Below are positions 37,301 to 46,212 of a stretch of DNA of 64,000 nt, one piece after another. How positions within the stretch are numbered: position 1 is the first letter of the stretch; the number at the start of each line of letters is the position of its first letter. The notes under the pieces are model-generated. The model did not search any database, had not been told where the DNA came from, and was given only the letters and a program-made list of their open reading frames with translations. The stretch is from Deltaproteobacteria bacterium (GTDB lineage: Bacteria > Myxococcota_A > Polyangia > Polyangiales > Houyiibacteriaceae): positions 1-64,000 of the forward strand of contig JAXMNT010000013.1 of assembly GCA_034670305.1 (NCBI GenBank), read 5' to 3'. The position numbers were made by a program, and so were the translations under genes.

Positions 37301-38837
37301 GACCCACCGCGCAGGCGCCGCAGCTGCCGCCGCAATCGACATCGGACTCGTCGCCGTTGCGCACGCCGTCCGTACACGCGGCCATCGCGCAGACGAGACC
37401 CACGCACGTCCCGGTCGAACAATCGCCACCCAGCACACACATGTCGCCGAGTCCGCACGGGTCGCATCGGCCGCCGCCGCAGTCCACGTCGGTCTCCGCG
37501 CCGTTGCGTTCCCCATCAGCGCACGACGGGCTCGCGCAGAACCCATCGGTGCAGACCGTGGTCACGCAATCCATGCCTTCGCCGCAGCGTTGGCCCACCG
37601 AACAATCGGCGCAGCTGCCGCCGCAGTCCACGTCGGTCTCGTCTCCGTTGCGCACGCGGTCCCCGCAGCCCGAGGCCACGCAGACGTCCGCGGCACACAC
37701 GCCACTGCGGCAGTCGGCACCGACATCGCAGCCCTCGGCGTCGTCGCAGGGGTCGCAGCGACCACCGCAGTCCACGTCGGTCTCTCCCCCGTTCTGCACC
37801 GCGTCGGTGCAAGTCGCCGTTTGACAGACCACGTCGCACACCCCGCTCGCGCAGTCCGCGGCCACGCCGCACGCGCGATCGACCGGACAGACGCTGCAGC
37901 TGCCGCCACAGTCGACATCGGACTCGTCGCCGTTCTGACGCCCATCGGCACAACTCGCGCTCACACAGACCGCGAGGCTGCAGACCCCACTGCCGCAGTC
38001 GGTCGGTGCGTCGCAGTTGGATCCATCCGAGCACACGGGACACGACCCACCGCAATCGATGTCGCTCTCGTCCCCGTTGCGGATGCTGTCGGAACAGGAG
38101 GGCGCGGCGCAGACGCTGCCTTCACAGATCCGACTCTCGCAATCGTCGGGGACCTCGCACGCCAGGCCCACACCGCACGCGCCGCAGTCGGGCCCACCGC
38201 AATCGGTCGCGGTCTCGTCGCCGTTCTGGGTTCCGTCGCCGCAGGAGGCGAGCACGCAAATGCTGTCCTGACACACGCCGCTCGCGCAATCGGTGCCGCC
38301 CATGCACATCGCGTCGACCGAACAACCATCGCAGGGGCCACCACAGTCGACGTCCGATTCGGTCCCGTTCTGGACACCGTCCGCGCAGGACGCGGTGGCG
38401 CAGGTGCCCGCATCGCAGACGCCGCTCGCGCAGTCGGTGCGGCTGTCACAGGACAGGCCGTCGGCGCAAGCGCCGCAGTCCGGACCGCCGCAGTCGACAT
38501 CGGTCTCCGAACCACTGCGCGTTCCATCGGCGCAGCCCGCGCCGCCGCAGCGACCGTCCACACAGAGCCCGCTCATGCAGTCCGGCCCCATCGCGCACTC
38601 CTGCCCCTCGACACACGCCAGACAGCTCCCCCCGCAGTCCAGGTCGGTCTCGTCGCCGTTCCGGATTCCGTCGTCGCACTCGGCCGGGACACACGTCCCA
38701 TCCGTGCACCGCTCGCCGGTCGCGCAGTCCGTCGCGACGACGCACTCGGGCCCCGACGCGTCGTCGTCGCCACATGCGAGCACGAACACCAGACCAAGAG
38801 ACAAGAAAACACGTGAAGACGCGGCTGTAGTGCGCAA
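34371..38837 (-). CDS. giant Cys-rich surface lipoprotein: 17 CxDGxxNGxETDVDCGG repeats, PKD, two SPRY-like domains and an Ig-like domain
   Basis: Lipobox VLAC-GDDD; repeats counted in the translation; PKD YDFGEG...HTY...GTY; duplicated LS/VS.D...G.R...YY.E...GF.VDYRG.NPIV...NFG. Start re-called at TTG 38837 with GGAGG RBS. Confidence 0.88.
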   Translation of the reverse strand: MRTTAASSRVFLSLGLVFVLACGDDDASGPECVVATDCATGERCTDGTCVPAECDDGIRNGDETDLDCGGSCLACVEGQECAMGPDCMSGLCVDGRCGGAGCADGTRSGSETDVDCGGPDCGACADGLSCDSRTDCASGVCDAGTCATASCADGVQNGTESDVDCGGPCDGCSVDAMCMGGTDCASGVCQDSICVLASCGDGTQNGDETATDCGGPDCGACGVGLACEVPDDCESRICEGSVCAAPSCSDSIRNGDESDIDCGGSCPVCSDGSNCDAPTDCGSGVCSLAVCVSASCADGRQNGDESDVDCGGSCSVCPVDRACGVAADCASGVCDVVCQTATCTDAVQNGGETDVDCGGRCDPCDDAEGCDVGADCRSGVCAADVCVASGCGDRVRNGDETDVDCGGSCADCSVGQRCGEGMDCVTTVCTDGFCASPSCADGERNGAETDVDCGGGRCDPCGLGDMCVLGGDCSTGTCVGLVCAMAACTDGVRNGDESDVDCGGSCGACAVGQRCGGGTDCVESVCSGGFCVAATCSDGAQNGGETDVDCGGTRCGTCGLGEGCAVGGDCSTSVCSIDGMCVAAGCGDGVRNGDETDVDCGGSCGVCGVGQRCGDGMDCISAVCTGGFCASPACDDGVRNGSETDTDCGGGCDACSLGAGCERGSDCVTGACTAMMCSASCTDGVMNGAETGVDCGGGCMGCADGGACGGAADCASSVCSGMICQTPTCSDGVTNGDETDDDCGGGTCADCGVGDMCVGGTDCTSGVCMGMTCAAPSCTDGVLNGDETDNDCGGSCSACMPGDACGIGADCDSGVCTGMVCQGPSCSDGIMNGTETDTDCGSSCPGCARGDMCVGAGDCATDGCVGNTCVIGPTAAFTVTPTSGTTPVMVTVSSMATAGDAAITQTHYDFGEGGGFAAATAHTYTDAGTYTVRQRVTDANGFTDIAMDMVVTTAPGTFHCELSRTDKSPDTDLVVSADGQSIEWNSLNASGVRSDCSVASGGTEVYYFEGTIRPHDCDATEAPEGCVNTPLGLMNIGVGGTTIAFHSFPGQDGDGFSTDTGGSYFYNGGYLGGFDRYSTDTYGFVVDYRGANPIVHMIVDNYGTPIVEASVTMNMMTAPLHVMLTGARRKVGPEASINFGNDTTNRPFYYDPEAILRADDPSASDPLEEVADNLVLGFGDTGMGTLNTRPTLSVSSDQSIALGSPVTVTATASDAEDGTLTSMIQWEDMATVYNERVSGSGGSFTVTPTQLGLHPLRATITDSDGGRRQAIVLVTVTGTLPQFDPVELDLTDPNRGAGIVLSGDARSAQWVAVDKMGIRANQGLYGEFWYYELTRLGGTVNQGGGVAIWDGDLNPYSADNVPPSISINTSGGMWQNIIYITPYTNMSATFGFAVDYRGVNPIVYVIVDNGTTSEVVDQWEMYDAFTPVHPLLYGNPTGSGTFDERANFGTDAFVLDPCAALTAWGASPSGVLEQGWGDANTGAGTLCP

Positions 38838-38987
38838 GAAAACCCCTCCGATAGGCTCGGAGTATACGCAGAAATCGCACGCTTGCCCCTGTTCATGCCC
38901 GCAGCGCGCCAGGCTCGCCTCGCGACCTCTCGCGAGGTTTCTGGGAAACACGTTGACGCGTCGGGCGGAAACGCCCAGCGTTTGGGC

Positions 38988-39980
38988 ATGCTCGACATCG
39001 CCCGCCTGCAGCGGATTCGGTTGAGTTCGCGCCCAACCATTCAGCGGGCCGTGGCGATGGGGTGGTTGTGGCCGACCTACAACCTCCCCGGTCGGCGCGT
39101 GAAGATTCGATTCGAGGACTTCGATCGCGTGCCGGACGAGCCGGTCATCTACGCGATGAACCACACGGACCGGTTCAACTACTGGCCGTTTCAGTATCGT
39201 TTGTTCCGGAAGCACGACCGCTACACCGCGACCTGGGTGAAGGGGAAGTACTACGAGAGCCAGGGGGTCGGGAAGTTCATGGAACTGACCAACAACCTCC
39301 CGACCGTCTCGCGCGGGTACCTGATCGCCAAGGACTTCACCCGGACGATCGGGCGGCGACCGTCGGACGAGGAGTACACCGCGATGCGCGACGCCATCGA
39401 CGCGGCGTCTCGCGGGCAACAGGCCACCGATTCGATTCTCCCGCGCGCGCTGCACACCACGCCACGGGACATGCTCGGGCGGGCGTTCGATCCGGCCCGC
39501 GAATCGTGGGCAGAAGCCATCAACGAACTGTTCGCCGTAATGATGCGGCGGTTCGTCGAGCTGCACGACGAGGTCTTCGAAAACGGGCTCGATCTGTTGA
39601 TCTTCCCGCAAGGCACCCGATCGATTCGGCTCAGTGCCGGGCGCATCGGCATCGCGCAGATCGCGATGAAGTACCGAAAAACCATCGTGCCGATTGGCTG
39701 CAACGGCTCTGAAGTCCTCTACCCAGGCGGCAACCCGCTCGCCCGGGGCGGCGAAGTGACCTACCGGTTTGGCCACCCGATCCGCCCCGCGGACTACGCC
39801 GATGTGCAGGTGGATGGGTTCACCCCCTTCCACCCACCGGACGAACACACCCACCGTCCACAGTTTCAGGCGCTCGTCGATCGTGTGATGACCGCCATCG
39901 ACGGATTGCTCGACCCGCGCTATCGCTTTGGGGACGACCCGTCCGCAGACGGTGTGTCCGGCACCGACCGATTCCTATGA
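38988..39980 (+). CDS. PlsC-like lysophospholipid acyltransferase
   Basis: AMNHTDRFN, IFPQGTRS, IVPIG, FG.PI; start re-called at ATG 38988. Confidence 0.82.
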   Translation: MLDIARLQRIRLSSRPTIQRAVAMGWLWPTYNLPGRRVKIRFEDFDRVPDEPVIYAMNHTDRFNYWPFQYRLFRKHDRYTATWVKGKYYESQGVGKFMELTNNLPTVSRGYLIAKDFTRTIGRRPSDEEYTAMRDAIDAASRGQQATDSILPRALHTTPRDMLGRAFDPARESWAEAINELFAVMMRRFVELHDEVFENGLDLLIFPQGTRSIRLSAGRIGIAQIAMKYRKTIVPIGCNGSEVLYPGGNPLARGGEVTYRFGHPIRPADYADVQVDGFTPFHPPDEHTHRPQFQALVDRVMTAIDGLLDPRYRFGDDPSADGVSGTDRFL

Positions 39981-40810
39981 ACATCTCCGACCCCAACCGC
40001 GAATCGCGTCCCGACGCGCTGACCACGAGCGCACCGCCCGTACCGGCGTCGTACCCCGCCAAGCTCTACGCCGCGGTGCACCGAGGCAACGACGGCGACC
40101 GCCGCTACTACCGACTGGCGTGCGCTGGGGCCCGCGACGTCCTCGAACTCGGCTGCGGGTTCGGCCGCATCGCACGCGCGCTGAGTGACGACGGACTGAA
40201 GGTGACCGGTGTCGACAGCGACCCCGACATGGTCGCGCTTGCACGCAAGGCGGTGCCGACCGGCCGATTCGAAGTCGCCGACATGCGCACCTTCTCGACC
40301 GAGGCGCGCTTCGACCGAGTGGTCATTCCGTACAACGGCATCTACTGCCTGCTCTCCCGCGAAGACGTGGTCCGAACCCTCCGTCTGGCCCGGCAGCACC
40401 TCGCGCCCGACGGGCTCGTCGTCTTCGACGGGTACAACGCAGAGGCGTTCCACCACGCGGGCGATGGCGATGGCGCGTGGGACGAGTCGTCGTACGTCAA
40501 GACGGTGAGTGCGCTCGGAGAGAGCTGGCGCGTCTACGAACGCAGCCGCTGGGACCGTGCGCAGCAGCGCATCGACGCGGTCTACACCCACGTGCCGGAC
40601 GGCCACCAGGCACGGAGCTTGGCGCCGGTGCCGGGCACCATCGAGGCCTGCATCCCGCAACGCTACTTGCTGGCGTCTCAAGTCGAAGGGCTCCTGGCCG
40701 ACGCAGACCTCGAGCTTCTCGCACTTCAGGGAGACTTCGACCAGAGCGCATGGGACGATGACTCGGCCGCGCTGGTCGTGGTCGCCCGAGCGGGTGGCGC
40801 GACCGCCTGA
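39977..40810 (+). CDS. class I SAM-dependent methyltransferase
   Basis: VLELGCGFGR, TGVD, ADMR, HL.PDG. Confidence 0.92.
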   Translation: MNISDPNRESRPDALTTSAPPVPASYPAKLYAAVHRGNDGDRRYYRLACAGARDVLELGCGFGRIARALSDDGLKVTGVDSDPDMVALARKAVPTGRFEVADMRTFSTEARFDRVVIPYNGIYCLLSREDVVRTLRLARQHLAPDGLVVFDGYNAEAFHHAGDGDGAWDESSYVKTVSALGESWRVYERSRWDRAQQRIDAVYTHVPDGHQARSLAPVPGTIEACIPQRYLLASQVEGLLADADLELLALQGDFDQSAWDDDSAALVVVARAGGATA

Positions 40811-40836
40811 ACGACCGTCGGGGGACGAGGGGAATC

Positions 40837-42129
40837 ATGCAGCATGTCGTAGCGATCGTCGGGGGAGCGGTTGCGGGATCCGAGGCCGCGGTGCTCTGCG
40901 CGGAACGCGGGATCTCCGCCGTCGTCTTCGAACAGGGCGACCGGCCCTACGGGAAGATCGAAGATGGTCTGCCGCGCTGGCACGACAAACTCCGCACCAA
41001 GGAGTACGCGAAGATCGACGAGAACCTCTCGCATCCGCTCGTGCGTTTCGTGCCGCGAACCCGGATCGGCACCGATCTCAGTTTCGAAGAACTGCGCAGC
41101 GCTGGCTTCAGCGCGCTGATCTTCGCGAGCGGCGCTTGGCGGGACCGGCCGCTCCCGATCGAGAACGAAGCGGACCTCGTCGGCCGCGGGCTGCTCTATC
41201 AGAACCCGCTCGTCGGCTGGTTCAACCACAGCCACGAAACCGGCGCGGAGCAGTGGGTCTTGCCCGAAGGCGCGCTCGTGGTCGGCGGCGGGCTGGCCTC
41301 GATCGACGTGGTGAAGATCCTCTCGCTCGAGACCCACGCGCGCGCGCTGCGGGCCAAGGGCATCGAGGTGGATGTGGTCGACCTCGAGCACAAAGGCATC
41401 CCACGCTTCTGCAGTGAAGCGGGCGTGGAGGTCGCGGACCTCGGCGTCGAGAAGCCGACGCTTCACTACCGCCGCACCATGGACGCGATGCCGCTCGCTT
41501 CCGCGCCGGAGGGGGCCACCGAAGCGCAGCAGGCCAAAGTGCGCGGGGCTCGGGTGAAGATCATGCAGCGGGTGATGGAGCGCTACTGCGTGGACTTCGC
41601 GCCCCTGAGCACTCCGGTGGGCGCGGTCGTGGAAGGCGGCCATCTGACCGGCCTGCAGATGGCCCGCACCGAGGTCGTCGACGGCCGGGTGAAGGTCACC
41701 GACGAGGTGGCGACCATCCGCACGCCGCTGGTCGTGGGTTCGATCGGGTCGGTCCCGGTCCCGATCCCAGGCATCCCGATGAAGGGGGAGCTGTACGACT
41801 ACGCGGACTGGAACACCGGGGAGATCCGTGGCCTGGAAGGCGTCTTCGGACTCGGCAACGTGCTCACCGGCAAAGGCAACATCAAGGACAGCCGCGCCAA
41901 CGCGCGGGAGATCACCCAGCTGCTCTTGTCGGGCCATCTGCGAGAAGCGGCGGCGCTCATGGACGAAGTGCACGCTGCGGCCCGGGCGGTGGCCGAGCCG
42001 GCGATCGACGCGGCGGCCGAGCGTGCCGCGGATGCCCCCGCGATCGATGCGCTGGTCGAAGCACGGTGGAAGGCGATCGGCTACCTCGGCAGCTACACCG
42101 CGTGGATGGAAACCCACCGCCCCGAGTAG
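40837..42129 (+). CDS. FAD-dependent oxidoreductase (ferredoxin-NADP+ reductase-like)
   Basis: IVGGAVAG, FE....PYGKIEDGLP, VVGGGLASIDV, YRR, SIGS. Confidence 0.8.
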   Translation: MQHVVAIVGGAVAGSEAAVLCAERGISAVVFEQGDRPYGKIEDGLPRWHDKLRTKEYAKIDENLSHPLVRFVPRTRIGTDLSFEELRSAGFSALIFASGAWRDRPLPIENEADLVGRGLLYQNPLVGWFNHSHETGAEQWVLPEGALVVGGGLASIDVVKILSLETHARALRAKGIEVDVVDLEHKGIPRFCSEAGVEVADLGVEKPTLHYRRTMDAMPLASAPEGATEAQQAKVRGARVKIMQRVMERYCVDFAPLSTPVGAVVEGGHLTGLQMARTEVVDGRVKVTDEVATIRTPLVVGSIGSVPVPIPGIPMKGELYDYADWNTGEIRGLEGVFGLGNVLTGKGNIKDSRANAREITQLLLSGHLREAAALMDEVHAAARAVAEPAIDAAAERAADAPAIDALVEARWKAIGYLGSYTAWMETHRPE

Positions 42130-42144
42130 GAGCTTGGCCCGTGG

Positions 42145-42190
42145 TCGCGGGACCGGAACCCATCGCGGGACCGGAACCCATCGGAACCTA
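42145..42190. repeat. 18-bp tandem repeat (2 copies plus a degenerate third)
   Basis: tcgcgggaccggaaccca x2, then tcggaaccta. Confidence 0.8.
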
Positions 42191-42592
42191 TGGGGCGGGT
42201 GTGACGGCGCGGCTCTCGAGTGGTTCGCGGCCGGGTTCTTCGCAGATGCAGGCGACGAACCACGTGGTTCGGTCGGACTGGACCCGGTCGGAGTTGGGAC
42301 CGATGCGGGCGGTCGAGTAGCCCGCTTCGGTGCAGGTCGCTTCGCAGTGCTTCGCGCGGGCCCGGTCACCCGCACCGACCGCTGCGAAAGTCACGCAGCT
42401 TCCGACGACGATCAGAAGAAACGAGAGCATCAGGAGTGCGCGGGGCAGGCTGCCGTGCACTCCCCGCATCAGCTCGCCGAGCACGCGGAACTGCGCGGAC
42501 TTGCGGACACCGCCATGGCCGAACAGCACGCCCGCAAAAAGGGGCGCGCCGAGGAAGAGCAAGACGGCCCCCGCGATCATCAACGGGGTCAC
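42188..42592 (-). CDS. small membrane protein with C-terminal Cys cluster
   Basis: Two TM helices, then C..TC...GY...CIC. Confidence 0.6.
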   Translation of the reverse strand: MTPLMIAGAVLLFLGAPLFAGVLFGHGGVRKSAQFRVLGELMRGVHGSLPRALLMLSFLLIVVGSCVTFAAVGAGDRARAKHCEATCTEAGYSTARIGPNSDRVQSDRTTWFVACICEEPGREPLESRAVTPAP

Positions 42593-42634
42593 AGATTCAC
42601 CATCGAAACGCTACGGGCGAGCGCAGCCAAGACG

Positions 42635-43894
42635 TCAGCCGCTGTCGCCGCCGAAGATGCGGTGCTCCAGGGTGTCGGCGTACTGACATGCCTGGAAGAT
42701 GAGGGCCGCGACGTCCATGTCCCGTACGCGCGAAAGCGGGAGGAATCCCTGCGTCACGATCTTGGGCATCTCTTTTTCGCTCTCGACCAAGGTCGCCCGG
42801 GCGTAGCGGTTGGCGGGAATGCCACTGAGCAACATCTGGCTGTTCACCACGCTGCTCAACTCACCCACGTCACACTCCACGCCGAGCACGAGTTCGCCTT
42901 CACAGAACGGCTCGGATGCATCGACGAGGAAGACGCGGGCGCGGTGCCAGCGTTTCTCACCGAGCGGAACGTCGAGGTCGACGCCGCCGTCGTCCTTCTT
43001 CGCGAGCTGCTTCGCACGGAGGATCGACACGACGCCCTCGAGCCGTTTGGGCAGGTCGCCCATGCGTCCGGCCGCCGCAGCGGAGGCCAACGGCGAATGC
43101 CGGATCTCGAGCGGCGCGGGCACCGGAGTGTCCGTCAACAGGTAACGGCGCAGCAGATCGTCGAGGTCCGTGTCGGACTCGTCTTTCGGCGTCAGGAAGT
43201 CCACCGCCCGATCGATCGTCACCGGTCGACCCCACCCGACCACGAGCGGTCCGCCACCGAGCGCGGCGCGCCAAGTACGCGAGCACGAGCCGGTGTAACA
43301 AGCCGCGAACACTACGAGCTTGAGCCCCGCGTGGACCTTGTCCGAGTCGATGTCGGCCGGCTGAACCGCGCCGCCATCGCTGCACTCGATCGCGCCGTCG
43401 TCGTGTCCGTGCGCGAGCCAGAACACACCGGCCGGCACGAGTCCCTCCACGCCCTCTGCGGTTCCGTAGACGGCGCCCGTGAAGTCGTCGTGCACCGCTT
43501 CTTCGTCGACCACGCAGGTGTAGCCCACCTTGCGGAGCTCCTCGACGTCGTCGTTGATGTGCTCGCGTGCTTCCCCGAAGAGGCGCCGGTCGTTCGGCGA
43601 GTGGATCTTCAGCCCGAACAGGAAGTGGAAGACCTTGCCGTCTCCGATGCCGGTTCCGCTCGGCGCGAGCACGGTGCGTTTGTCCGGGTTGTCCGAGCGC
43701 GCTCCATCGGACCACGCTTTCGCGCCCGACTTCTTCTTCTCTTCCCAGCCTTCGGGTTTCTTGAGTTCTTTTTTCTCCGGCTTGGCTTCCGCCTTGGCCT
43801 CGGCCGGCTTGGCTGCCTCGGCAGGCTTGTCGCCGTCCGTGGCTGCGCCATCCTTGCCAAAACCGCCCTTGCCTTCTTTGCTCCAGCTACTCAT
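42635..43894 (-). CDS. caspase/CHAT-like peptidase domain fused to a YbjN/CesT-like domain
   Basis: GVFWLAHG and LVVFAACYT (His-Gly and Ala-Cys dyad), VVGW..PV; C-terminal AD.LE.RIFGGD like the upstream gene. Start at ATG 43894. Confidence 0.7.
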   Translation of the reverse strand: MSSWSKEGKGGFGKDGAATDGDKPAEAAKPAEAKAEAKPEKKELKKPEGWEEKKKSGAKAWSDGARSDNPDKRTVLAPSGTGIGDGKVFHFLFGLKIHSPNDRRLFGEAREHINDDVEELRKVGYTCVVDEEAVHDDFTGAVYGTAEGVEGLVPAGVFWLAHGHDDGAIECSDGGAVQPADIDSDKVHAGLKLVVFAACYTGSCSRTWRAALGGGPLVVGWGRPVTIDRAVDFLTPKDESDTDLDDLLRRYLLTDTPVPAPLEIRHSPLASAAAAGRMGDLPKRLEGVVSILRAKQLAKKDDGGVDLDVPLGEKRWHRARVFLVDASEPFCEGELVLGVECDVGELSSVVNSQMLLSGIPANRYARATLVESEKEMPKIVTQGFLPLSRVRDMDVAALIFQACQYADTLEHRIFGGDSG

Positions 43895-43990
43895 CGCGGA
43901 TCCTCGCTTGTCGGTGGGGCGCGGAGCATATCGCACGCGTGGTGCCGTGGGAACGAAGCGTTTCGCAGGTCTGGCTGGGGACTGTTAACG

Positions 43991-44023
43991 AAAAAAGCGC
44001 CGACCGAAGTCGACGCTGTTTTC
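43991..44023 (-). terminator. intrinsic terminator
   Basis: Minus strand agcgtcgac-ttcg-gtcggcgct followed by a U-run; C(UUCG)G tetraloop. Confidence 0.88.
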
Positions 44024-44039
44024 GATTGGTGATCGTCTC

Positions 44040-44426
44040 TCAGAACTGGTCGGACGCGGCGAACTCTTGCTCGAGCTTGTCCGCGGTGCTCGCCACGACG
44101 TGAAGCGGAAGCTCGAACTCTTCCATATCCATCGTCGCCATCTGCACGCTGTAGCGCACGATGTAGATGTCCCGGTCGAGGCAGAGTGCACCAACGGCGA
44201 ACTGGAAGTTCTTCCGGAGGGCGACCTCGGGGTTCATCTGGTTGAGCTTGCAACAGGCGGAAGCGAAGTCACACCACTCACGGTTGAGTGCCTCGAACTT
44301 CGAGATGATGACCGCTTGCAGCCGCTTGTTCTGGTACTCGAAGACCAGCTTGAAGCTGTTATCCTTATCTTCCGCGAGCTTGTACTTGGAGCGCGCGTAT
44401 TCTTGAACTTCGGGCCAAGTCGGCAT
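44040..44426 (-). CDS. stand-alone YbjN/CesT-like (T3SS chaperone fold) protein
   Basis: MPTW..V..Y.RS.Y...R.Q.V...EW....S...AL..N.....GAL...EFE.PL.VVA.TAD.LE.....DQF; AGAGGG RBS. Confidence 0.75.
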   Translation of the reverse strand: MPTWPEVQEYARSKYKLAEDKDNSFKLVFEYQNKRLQAVIISKFEALNREWCDFASACCKLNQMNPEVALRKNFQFAVGALCLDRDIYIVRYSVQMATMDMEEFELPLHVVASTADKLEQEFAASDQF

Positions 44427-44580
44427 CGATGAACCCCTCTGCTGGTGGTTGAAGAAGCGGGACGATACCTGCGATCGACAGCGAGGCAAACCCCCTTCTT
44501 GCGACCGTGACGCCCCTCACGCCCCACAGGGCTCTTTTTGAGCGGTTCCGGCCAGGGATTGGGCCTGGACCTGGGGGCTT

Positions 44581-46161
44581 TTAGGACACCCGCCACCGCG
44601 CGCTGAGCAGCAGGTCGTCCCCATCCGGCATGGCGATCACGTGGGCGTCCTCGCACCCGATCAGCTCGAGCCCGCGCTCCAAGTACCCACAGATGCGGTC
44701 GGCGATGGCGGTCGGGAAAATCTGCCCCTCCCGGATGCGAAGCACGGCGGCGGTCTCGGTGATCTCGTCCACGAACCACTCCCCGACGTCGTAGTAGAGG
44801 CGGTAGATCTCGGCGGCCGTCGCGAGGAAGGGCGCCACCCCCTCACGCAATCCTTGCCGCCGGAACACATCGTACGGCCCTCCGTCGCCGAACGCGTAGT
44901 CCGCGCTCGCCGCACCGATGCGCACCGCCAAGGGCACTTCCTCCGGTTCCGCGAAGAGCTGCTGCGCCGCTTCGGTGAGCGCAAGCATCACCTCGCCGTC
45001 GTACCAGCTGGAGACGAGCACCGGTTTCGCCAGTGCAGCCTGAACGCGCTCGTTCGCGATCTCCACCACGCGAGCGAACCCCTCTTCGCCGTAGCAGGCC
45101 TGGATGTATTCGATGGTCGCTTTGATGGCGGCCCCTTTGACGTGCCACGTCCGCCCACGCCCGCCCTCGCGTGCGGTGCCAAGCGTGTCTTTCGCGTCGT
45201 CAAGCGCACGCGACCGTTCCAGTGCCTTCTCGATCATGCCGCGCCGCGCACGCCGCTCCCGTTCAAAGAACGACGCGGTGTAGTCGCCGACGTGAATGCG
45301 GCCCTCGTCCGCGGCGAGCGCATCCACGACCGCGCCGAGCCGATCGGCGACGAGACCCGCGGTCGGTGGGCGGGCCTCCGGTCGTTTCGCGAGGAGTTCG
45401 AAGAGGAGCTGGACCACATCCGGTGGCACGTCCTCTCGCTCGTCCATGATGTCCGCCGGGGGTTCGTGGAGGATGCGGCGCGCGCCCTCCGTCCCGTCCG
45501 ACCCATGGTAGAGGCGCCTGCCGGCGAGGCACTCCCAGAGGATGACCCCGAGCGCGAACAGGTCCGCCCGCCGGTCGGGTGGTTCGAAGCGCAGTTGTTC
45601 GGGCGCCATGTAGCCGACCTTGCCCTTGAGCATTCCGGTCGATGTCTCGCTGCGTCCCTCCATCGGATTGAGTGGCTTCGCGATTCCGAAATCGGCGATG
45701 CGTACGACGCCCGAGTAGTCGACGAGGATGTTCTGCGGCGACACGTCTCGGTGGACGACCAGCAGGCCACCTTGATCGTGGATCGCGTGGAGCCCAGCCG
45801 CGATTTGGCGCAGCGACTCCAGGCAGATCTGTACAGGCACCTCTTCGTCGAGCCGTTTGACCGCCGACACCAGTTCGGCGAGCGAGCATCCTTCGACGTA
45901 CTCCATCGCCAGGAAGGGCCCGTCTTCGTCCTCTCCGTTCTCGATCACCCGCAGCACGTTCGGATGTTCGACGTGCCCCGCGAGGGTCGCCTCCGCGCCG
46001 AGGGTCTGGCGCGCGCGTGCGTCCTCCCGCAGGTGCGGATGCAGCCGCTTGACCGCAAAGAGCGCCCCCGAGTCGTCGCCGCGCCGGACGGCGACGTAGA
46101 CGCGCCCCATGCCCCCACTGTTGATCTCGCAGAGGTGACGGTAGCCCCGAGCCTTGCCCAT
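44581..46161 (-). CDS. Hanks-type Ser/Thr protein kinase with a C-terminal myxobacterial DUF2378-like domain
   Basis: GGMGRVY, AVK, HRDVSPQN, DFG, YMAPE, D.FALG; C-terminal VKG......SSWY domain; no TM segment. Confidence 0.93.
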   Translation of the reverse strand: MGKARGYRHLCEINSGGMGRVYVAVRRGDDSGALFAVKRLHPHLREDARARQTLGAEATLAGHVEHPNVLRVIENGEDEDGPFLAMEYVEGCSLAELVSAVKRLDEEVPVQICLESLRQIAAGLHAIHDQGGLLVVHRDVSPQNILVDYSGVVRIADFGIAKPLNPMEGRSETSTGMLKGKVGYMAPEQLRFEPPDRRADLFALGVILWECLAGRRLYHGSDGTEGARRILHEPPADIMDEREDVPPDVVQLLFELLAKRPEARPPTAGLVADRLGAVVDALAADEGRIHVGDYTASFFERERRARRGMIEKALERSRALDDAKDTLGTAREGGRGRTWHVKGAAIKATIEYIQACYGEEGFARVVEIANERVQAALAKPVLVSSWYDGEVMLALTEAAQQLFAEPEEVPLAVRIGAASADYAFGDGGPYDVFRRQGLREGVAPFLATAAEIYRLYYDVGEWFVDEITETAAVLRIREGQIFPTAIADRICGYLERGLELIGCEDAHVIAMPDGDDLLLSARWRVS

Positions 46162-46212
46162 TCAGGCTACTGTATCGCGCGGCGCATCCAAATGCGCGCG
46201 CGACCTGGATGA

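Noticed and set aside
38838-39854. N-terminal 339 aa of the 1827-aa ORF
   Set aside because: Antisense to the PlsC-like gene; an RBS, TTG start and lipobox appear at 38837.
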